The position numbers were made by a program, and so were the translations under genes. A stretch of 64,000 bases of DNA, from positions 32,001 to 96,000 of the forward strand of contig JAEOTM010000041.1 of NCBI GenBank assembly GCA_016839815.1, given 5' to 3'. The notes under the pieces were generated by a model. That model was not told the DNA's origin, did not search any database, and saw only the letters and a list, made by a program, of their open reading frames with translations. This DNA is from Candidatus Hodarchaeota archaeon. GTDB taxonomy: Archaea > Asgardarchaeota > Heimdallarchaeia > Hodarchaeales > Hodarchaeaceae. Below are positions 58,523-64,000 of the stretch, one piece after another (position 1 is the stretch's first letter; every line of letters starts with the position of its first letter).

Positions 58523-59893
58523 ATGAGAAAAATGGTGTATTTCGAAAAACCATCAAATGATAAATCAAGATCAAACCCAATGCAGAGATATAATAATTTA
58601 ATTTCCGAATGGGTGGAAAAGCATCGTTGGGACCTTCAAGTCATGAGTGGGAGAAATCAATTCCCTCCAAGACAAACAAAACTGCAAAATTGCCCTAAAT
58701 GTGGAAAAAAGTTTACAGAAAACCATATTCAACAATGTCTTTATTATACAACCTATCAGGAACCTCTTCATAAACAAATAGCTGTAATCATTAACGGATC
58801 TTCTTTCTCGGTAAATGGATTTGTCGGGGAAAATGATTTTAGATCTATATTTCCCACGCTAGTAGGCCAAAGAACCGAGTCACCAATAATCCTTGAAGGG
58901 GAACCAACCATAGAATGGTATGTTGGGGCGGATGCAAATAACTTCCGAGGGTCACTTCAACAACACAAACTAATCGAGAATGGACAGATTACGAATTGGG
59001 TAGCACTAGAAAAACTATGGGCATTTACATTTCATCAATCTTTCAAAGGATATCCACCTGATTATCCTGTAATTTTATCAGAATTAGATACTAGTAACAA
59101 GAAAACGCGAGAGAAAATGATACAGACAATGTTTGAAATTTTTAATGTTCCAGCATTATACATTGAAAGACAAGCTGTATTAGCTCTCAAGGCCTTAGGG
59201 AAAGAAACAGGTCTTATTGTGGATTTAGGAAAAGATCAATGTCGTATAGTCCCCATTATAAAAGGAAGGATAATTGAAGAGAACCTAGGAGTAATGAATC
59301 TTGGAGGAGATGATGTTACAAATTATCTTCAGAGTCTACTCATTCCTCAAATTAATAAAGAATTCTGGTCAGATAGTTACCAATTGTATTCAACAATGAA
59401 TGATATCAAGAAAAAATATTGCTTTATTGTACAACAACCGAAAGAAGAAAATTTAGATCCAAGTATTATGAATAGCCCCCTAAAAAGAGTGGAAAACATC
59501 TTTTTACCGAATGGGGATTCAATTGCATTATTTGACGAACGATTTCTTGCTCCTGAGGTTTTATTCCAACCTGATCTCATCGAATGTTCTGAACCACCCT
59601 TACACAAGATGATTCTTTATACCATCGATCACTTTGAAGAGGATATTAAATCCATTTTCTATCGAAATATTATACTCTCGGGAGGTTCGTCACTGTTTCC
59701 AGGGTTGATAGAAAGAATTCAATTTGAACTAACCTCTCTATACCCTAATGAACATTTAAAAATAGTTGCGGAACCAGACCGACGTTTTTTGGCATGGAGA
59801 GGTGCATCAAAAATCACTCCTCAATTGTTCAAGTCCATCTGTATCCAGAAAAGTGAATATTTGAATAATGGACCAAGGGTATACGATCTTTGA
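58523..59893 (+). CDS. Divergent actin-family protein 2 with N-terminal Zn-finger-like extension
   Basis: IFPTLVG, YVGADA, IENGQITNW, REKM.Q.MFE.FNVPALY, QAVLAL, ERFLAPEVLFQP, NIILSGGS.LFPG, AW.G, EY..NGP. Confidence 0.95.
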   Translation: MRKMVYFEKPSNDKSRSNPMQRYNNLISEWVEKHRWDLQVMSGRNQFPPRQTKLQNCPKCGKKFTENHIQQCLYYTTYQEPLHKQIAVIINGSSFSVNGFVGENDFRSIFPTLVGQRTESPIILEGEPTIEWYVGADANNFRGSLQQHKLIENGQITNWVALEKLWAFTFHQSFKGYPPDYPVILSELDTSNKKTREKMIQTMFEIFNVPALYIERQAVLALKALGKETGLIVDLGKDQCRIVPIIKGRIIEENLGVMNLGGDDVTNYLQSLLIPQINKEFWSDSYQLYSTMNDIKKKYCFIVQQPKEENLDPSIMNSPLKRVENIFLPNGDSIALFDERFLAPEVLFQPDLIECSEPPLHKMILYTIDHFEEDIKSIFYRNIILSGGSSLFPGLIERIQFELTSLYPNEHLKIVAEPDRRFLAWRGASKITPQLFKSICIQKSEYLNNGPRVYDL

Positions 59894-60004
59894 AAATTGA
59901 ATATGGAATGTATTGACAGATTCTAATAAGATGATTTTTGTCGGTAAATGTTCGGAGAGATTCTCGAGATTACACTTAAATATTATCTCTCCCTAGCTTC
60001 TTTG

Positions 60005-60391
60005 ATGCAGATACTCGAACGTGGTTTTTGTCCTTTCCGAGTGGAGAAGAGTAACTTTCATGCGGGTTGTGTTCTTCGCATTGGGCAAACCACACTTTGT
60101 TATAGTCAGGATGTACGTCCATTGTTACGCCGTGGAACAGCTCCTGAAGAGTATTACTGCCCTTTAATTAAATTTTCTCTGGATGACACAACATACAAGG
60201 AATTTGAACAAGTTTTATCTCCTTTACTCCAAATCCAAGATGAGCAAAATACAGCCATCAATATCTGGCCCATGCTTTCTGGTTGGGCCGATCCTAAACA
60301 TGAAGCTACGTCTGATGAAGGTCGTCAAATCGTTCACTTAAGTGGACAAGTCAAGGCGGCTCTTGAATCCATTGTTTATAATCTTAGCTAG
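60005..60391 (+). CDS. Unknown four-Cys small protein, paralogue B (downstream of the actin pair)
   Basis: Paralogue of 56817..57212; ATG 60005 matches the start of the shared region and follows TATA-like cttaaata (59975-59982); ORF track start is 59948. Confidence 0.85.
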   Translation: MQILERGFCPFRVEKSNFHAGCVLRIGQTTLCYSQDVRPLLRRGTAPEEYYCPLIKFSLDDTTYKEFEQVLSPLLQIQDEQNTAINIWPMLSGWADPKHEATSDEGRQIVHLSGQVKAALESIVYNLS

Positions 60392-61040
60392 CTAAGAATG
60401 ATTGGATACTATTCCACATCAACTGTTTCTGATTCAGTAACTGATGATCACCCTCAAGGATACTAAGAGTAACTTGTGTATTATCAAATGCAAAATCTAT
60501 ACTCCATTGGACAGGAACAACTGCATCATTTTTTCCATGAAAAATCAGAGTTGAAATTGGAAACTGAGTTGAGGAAAATTTGGGGGGAGGATTAGCATAA
60601 AGATCTTGAACAAAGGAATAATCCAAAGGGATTTCTCCCATAAAGCGAAAATGTTCTGCTAATGCAACACCTTCCTCTTTCCACTGGGGTAGTGTAGTCC
60701 CTAACGTTTCAGCTATAAATTCAGGAGTAAATTTTAGAGCAGGTGCCATAAGAATTAGTTTTTCTACATGTTCAGGATATAATGCTGTATACCAAGCTAC
60801 AATCAACCCTCCGTAACTCGATCCAAACAAGATCACCTTGGTATTAGCAAATTTCTCTTTAATATACTTGTGAAGGTCGATAACTAGCTGAGAAGGTTTC
60901 ATTCGTCGGAAATTTTCTGCACTAGGTATAAAATCAAATATTTGAAAAGGAATTCCTATTAAATCGAATTTATGTTCGAAAAATCGTGCTTTTTCAGAAA
61001 GTGGTCCTGAAGCGAAACCATAGAGATAGATTATTTGCAT
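60384..61040 (-). CDS. YqiA-like alpha/beta-hydrolase esterase
   Basis: YLYGFASGP, GSSYGG, HGKNDAVVP, GDH. Confidence 0.9.
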   Translation of the reverse strand: MQIIYLYGFASGPLSEKARFFEHKFDLIGIPFQIFDFIPSAENFRRMKPSQLVIDLHKYIKEKFANTKVILFGSSYGGLIVAWYTALYPEHVEKLILMAPALKFTPEFIAETLGTTLPQWKEEGVALAEHFRFMGEIPLDYSFVQDLYANPPPKFSSTQFPISTLIFHGKNDAVVPVQWSIDFAFDNTQVTLSILEGDHQLLNQKQLMWNSIQSFLAS

Positions 61041-61210
61041 TTTGATTCACTTTCTCTTCTGATGAGGGAGGAAATTTGGTAAAATGACCTCATCAAAATC
61101 GTTTTGTTTATATTAACAACTCAAGAATATCCATTCTCACACAGTATTTAAGTATTTATAACAAGAATCGTAATTATCAATTATTGGTACTTTTGGAAAA
61201 TTCTACTTAG

Positions 61211-61660
61211 GTGAAAAATGTGCAGCAATTTATAATCCATTTAGAAAATGATACAGATGCGCTAAAATTACTTGCACAAATAGGTAAGACACTGGGAGAA
61301 CATAATGTAGATATTGTATCTATGGCGGGAACCTCTGCCTTTGGAATCTGCACAGCCGCTCTTTTTACCGATAATGAAGAAAAAACTCATGAATTATTAA
61401 GAGAATTGAATATTTCCTTTTCCAAACAAAATGTATTAGTTGCCGCACTCCCCGATGAACCAGGCACCTTTGGGAATTTTGCTCAATTACTCTTTGATCA
61501 AGGAGTCAGGGTTTATTCATTCTATCTCCTTCGATTCGCTAAGGATCACGCACATTATGCATTCGCTGTTGATGAAAGCGACTTTCAAAAAGCTCAGGCG
61601 TTTTTAGACGCATCGGGCTTCCTTCAAATTACAGAGAACCCTAAAAAGTCTTGTCAATAA
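61211..61660 (+). CDS. Tandem ACT-domain protein
   Basis: QF.IHLEN...LA.I...L..HNVDI and LPDEPG repeats. Confidence 0.85.
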   Translation: MKNVQQFIIHLENDTDALKLLAQIGKTLGEHNVDIVSMAGTSAFGICTAALFTDNEEKTHELLRELNISFSKQNVLVAALPDEPGTFGNFAQLLFDQGVRVYSFYLLRFAKDHAHYAFAVDESDFQKAQAFLDASGFLQITENPKKSCQ

Positions 61661-61688
61661 ACATTTTTTAGATTAAGGACGAATTCTT

Positions 61689-62420
61689 ATGGATAATGTC
61701 ATTGCCGCGTATCAAGAAGCCTTCGCTACTCCGTTCAATGTTTTTCTACTAGCTGTAACCATTGGTATGCTTATTCTATGGTACAGCGCACACTGGTGGC
61801 AAACTCCTGAAAAAGTTCAAAAACGAGCAAAATTCTTTTCACCACGACCTACTCAATTTCTACAAGAGAAATTAAGAACAAATGGATCTTTTACTAGAAT
61901 TCTCGACTTTGCTACTATGCATCTCTGGCTTTGGGCTTTTACAATAACTGTTGTCCTCGAAGTTTACATTTGTGGTCTTCAGGGTGATCAGGCATGGAGA
62001 TATGGCCTCCCTGTAATCTTATCATGGGGAACGAGTATGACAATCCAATTTATCTATCCCGTGATCGTTCCCAACAGGTGGGATGCTTTCGGACGTGAAC
62101 TTCCAATTATTCCTTTACGTCTTGAACAATTTAAAAGCTCCGATAATGTGAATGGGTTATTGTATAACGGTCTTCCATCCAATCATCTTGGATTAATGCT
62201 CGCTGGAGCCATTTTATGCTATTTTATTGGTATGTCATCACCCTGGTGGGTCTGGACTGCGGGAATTGTATTCTTTCTCTTATTAGGAACTTTCTTTTGC
62301 TTCTCTGTCATTTATCTTGGAGAGCACTACATATGGGATCTTATTGCCTCAGTTATTGTATACGTCCCAATTATGTTTGGAGTGTTCTCTATAGAAAGCA
62401 GTCTTGTCCCAATGCCATGA
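61689..62420 (+). CDS. PAP2-superfamily membrane protein (AUR1/PAP2_3-like)
   Basis: Multiple TM helices, GLPSNH and GEHYIWD catalytic-type motifs. Confidence 0.75.
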   Translation: MDNVIAAYQEAFATPFNVFLLAVTIGMLILWYSAHWWQTPEKVQKRAKFFSPRPTQFLQEKLRTNGSFTRILDFATMHLWLWAFTITVVLEVYICGLQGDQAWRYGLPVILSWGTSMTIQFIYPVIVPNRWDAFGRELPIIPLRLEQFKSSDNVNGLLYNGLPSNHLGLMLAGAILCYFIGMSSPWWVWTAGIVFFLLLGTFFCFSVIYLGEHYIWDLIASVIVYVPIMFGVFSIESSLVPMP

Positions 62421-62442
62421 AATAGGATGATGATTTAATCTT

Positions 62443-63234
62443 ATGACAAATTCAAGAGATTTATCCTTTCTAGATATTCCATTCATCAACCAAATGGTTT
62501 TTCATCCTCGGAAATCACCAATTGTTCCTAAGGATACAGAAATTCGGTATTTTATCCAATTTAAAGTGGATGAGGGTATTAATATTGGGGGCTTTCTTCA
62601 TAAAGCATCTAATCAGGCACCAACGATACTTTTTTTCCACGGTAACGGCGAAATCGCAGAGGATTATCATGATTTAGCTCCAGAATATCAAAAACGGGGA
62701 ATGAATGTATGTGTGGTTGATTATAGAGGTTACGGCCAGAGTAATGGTGAACCCACTCTGCAAACTATGCTTCAAGACTCACATCGAATCTTCATTCAAT
62801 TCCAGAACTATCTCAAGCAACATGGACTACACGGGCCTATCTTTGTTATGGGAAGATCTTTAGGGAGTTCATCAGCAATCGAATTAGCCAGTCAGTTTAA
62901 ACAAGACATTACGGGATTAATTGTTGAAAGTGGCTTTGCAAATACATATGATTTGCTTCAAAGGCTTGGAATTCCTCGAAAATTTCTTCCTGATGATAAA
63001 GAATCAAGTATCTCTCCTCTACCCTTAATGAGAGAGATAACTAACCCTACATTGATTATCCATGGAGAAAATGACTTTATTATTCCAGCAGATAATGGTT
63101 ATGCACTCTATGAAAGCTCTGCAAGTAAATCAAAAGAATTAGTGATTATTCCCAATGCGGGTCATAACGACCTCTTATACCTAGGGTTTGAGAAGTATAT
63201 GAAAGCCATTGAAGCGTTTTTGAAGAAAAGTTAA
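62443..63234 (+). CDS. Alpha/beta hydrolase (ABHD13/ABHD17/Bem46-like)
   Basis: LFFHGNGE, DYRGYG.S.G.P, GRSLGS, IIHGEND, AGHND. Confidence 0.9.
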   Translation: MTNSRDLSFLDIPFINQMVFHPRKSPIVPKDTEIRYFIQFKVDEGINIGGFLHKASNQAPTILFFHGNGEIAEDYHDLAPEYQKRGMNVCVVDYRGYGQSNGEPTLQTMLQDSHRIFIQFQNYLKQHGLHGPIFVMGRSLGSSSAIELASQFKQDITGLIVESGFANTYDLLQRLGIPRKFLPDDKESSISPLPLMREITNPTLIIHGENDFIIPADNGYALYESSASKSKELVIIPNAGHNDLLYLGFEKYMKAIEAFLKKS

Positions 63235-63245
63235 TTTCACAGACA

Positions 63246-63262
63246 TGAAATTCTGAATTTCA
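63246..63262. promoter_or_regulatory. Perfect 8-1-8 palindrome, putative autoregulatory operator
   Basis: tgaaattc-t-gaatttca just upstream of a ttttatata box and the HTH regulator gene. Confidence 0.55.
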
Positions 63263-63303
63263 ACAATGCGAAATTTTATATAGGGGAGTGATCAGAGTAA
63301 ATT

Positions 63304-63810
63304 ATGGTTCTTGGTAGTGATCCAAACATTAGTATACAGCGACAACAGTTTTTCGAAATTTTAGCAGAATACTGGGGGAGTTATGGACTTCCCAAATTAT
63401 CTGGATACATTGATGCTCTTTTATGGCTTGAAAAAAGAGATAACTGGACTCAAATTACAATTTCTGAAAGATTAAGGGAATTAGGATATTCTACATCTGT
63501 CGCTTCAGTAAACAGAGCGATAAAAATTAATGTACAATACGGAGCTCTTATTAGGAAAGGTTCTCACAAATTGGGTTATACTTATCACATTGCTGATGAC
63601 ACGTCAATGCTAGAAATGATGTTTCAGACGTTGATCAAAGTAAATAATAAAATGATAGCTACTCTTGAAGATCTACGATCATCGGATATAAAGACAAGCG
63701 ATCCTGAATTATTTAATGCAGTGCAGATGCAGTATCTAGGAATTAAGATTTACAACGAATCTATGGAATATGGTCTTGAACATCTTAAGAATCTGATGAG
63801 AAGTGAATGA
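63304..63810 (+). CDS. GbsR/MarR-family winged-helix regulator
   Basis: YW..YGLP...G.I.A.L.L, T...I...L..S.ASV.R pattern; precedes an ABC ATPase. Confidence 0.75.
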   Translation: MVLGSDPNISIQRQQFFEILAEYWGSYGLPKLSGYIDALLWLEKRDNWTQITISERLRELGYSTSVASVNRAIKINVQYGALIRKGSHKLGYTYHIADDTSMLEMMFQTLIKVNNKMIATLEDLRSSDIKTSDPELFNAVQMQYLGIKIYNESMEYGLEHLKNLMRSE

Positions 63811-63811
63811 T

Positions 63812-64000
63812 ATGCAAAAAGTGATTGAAGTAAAATCTCTTGAAAAATCATTTGGAAAAGGTACGAATCTTGTTGAAGCTGTTGGAGGAATCAGTTTTGA
63901 TATTTTTGAACATGAGATTTTTGGATTTTTAGGACCAAATGGGGCTGGTAAAACAACTAGTCTAAGAATGATTGTTGGTTTGTTACGTCCAGATGCAGGA
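63812..64000 (+). CDS. ABC transporter ATPase (DrrA/CcmA-like), 3'-truncated by window edge
   Basis: [45 protein letters not shown]. Confidence 0.92.
   Translation, partial: MQKVIEVKSLEKSFGKGTNLVEAVGGISFDIFEHEIFGFLGPNGAGKTTSLRMIVGLLRPDAG

Noticed and set aside
57300-59893. Naming the actins Arp2/Arp3 or Lokiactin
   Set aside because: The resemblances are local and need phylogeny. Both are too degenerate in the phosphate loops to be called the conserved filament-forming actin.
81-62425. Many 60-125 aa ORFs overlapping longer genes (e.g. 2593..2970, 19438..19800, 21841..22179, 35443..35736, 41179..41376, 49732..50097, 53311..53649, 55682..55999)
   Set aside because: They are antisense or alternate-frame shadows of well-supported genes (or of the pseudogene) and have no motifs.
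1-64000. Mobile elements, prophage, rRNA or tRNA genes
   Set aside because: No transposase, integrase or capsid motifs and no GC-rich rRNA/tRNA-like tracts were seen by eye; tRNAscan-SE, Infernal and ISEScan would be needed to exclude them formally.

Overview
A gene-dense, AT-rich archaeal chromosomal segment, very probably from an Asgard archaeon (Heimdallarchaeia/Hodarchaeales-like). The assignment is inferred from archaeal-type PurA, ProRS, NucS, a tungsten AOR and a thiolase/DUF35 pair occurring with eukaryotic-signature proteins (a Rab-like GTPase, a Roadblock/LC7 protein, two divergent actin-family proteins) and a kynureninase. Most of the window is heterotrophic metabolism, transport and housekeeping. 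I found no rRNA, tRNA, CRISPR array or transposase. The most striking region is about 49.7-60.4 kb. (i) A co-oriented pair of predicted single-pass surface proteins: one has an integrin-beta-like MIDAS vWA domain apparently inserted in an Ig-like fold; the other has an extracellular 7-blade WD40 propeller, a DxDxDG Ca-binding stalk, a TM helix and a cytoplasmic RING-like Zn cluster. (ii) A four-gene cassette in which two tandem, divergent actin-like genes are bracketed by two paralogues of an unrecognised small four-cysteine protein. Other notable items: a bacterial/eukaryotic-type (class II) CCA-adding enzyme, a cysteine-less thiolase in an operon with DUF35 and a GNAT-like protein, a nested inverted-repeat element with a small ORF between convergent genes, and an internally deleted LeuB/Icd-family pseudogene missed by the ORF track. 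All family calls come from motif recognition by eye; no searches were run.
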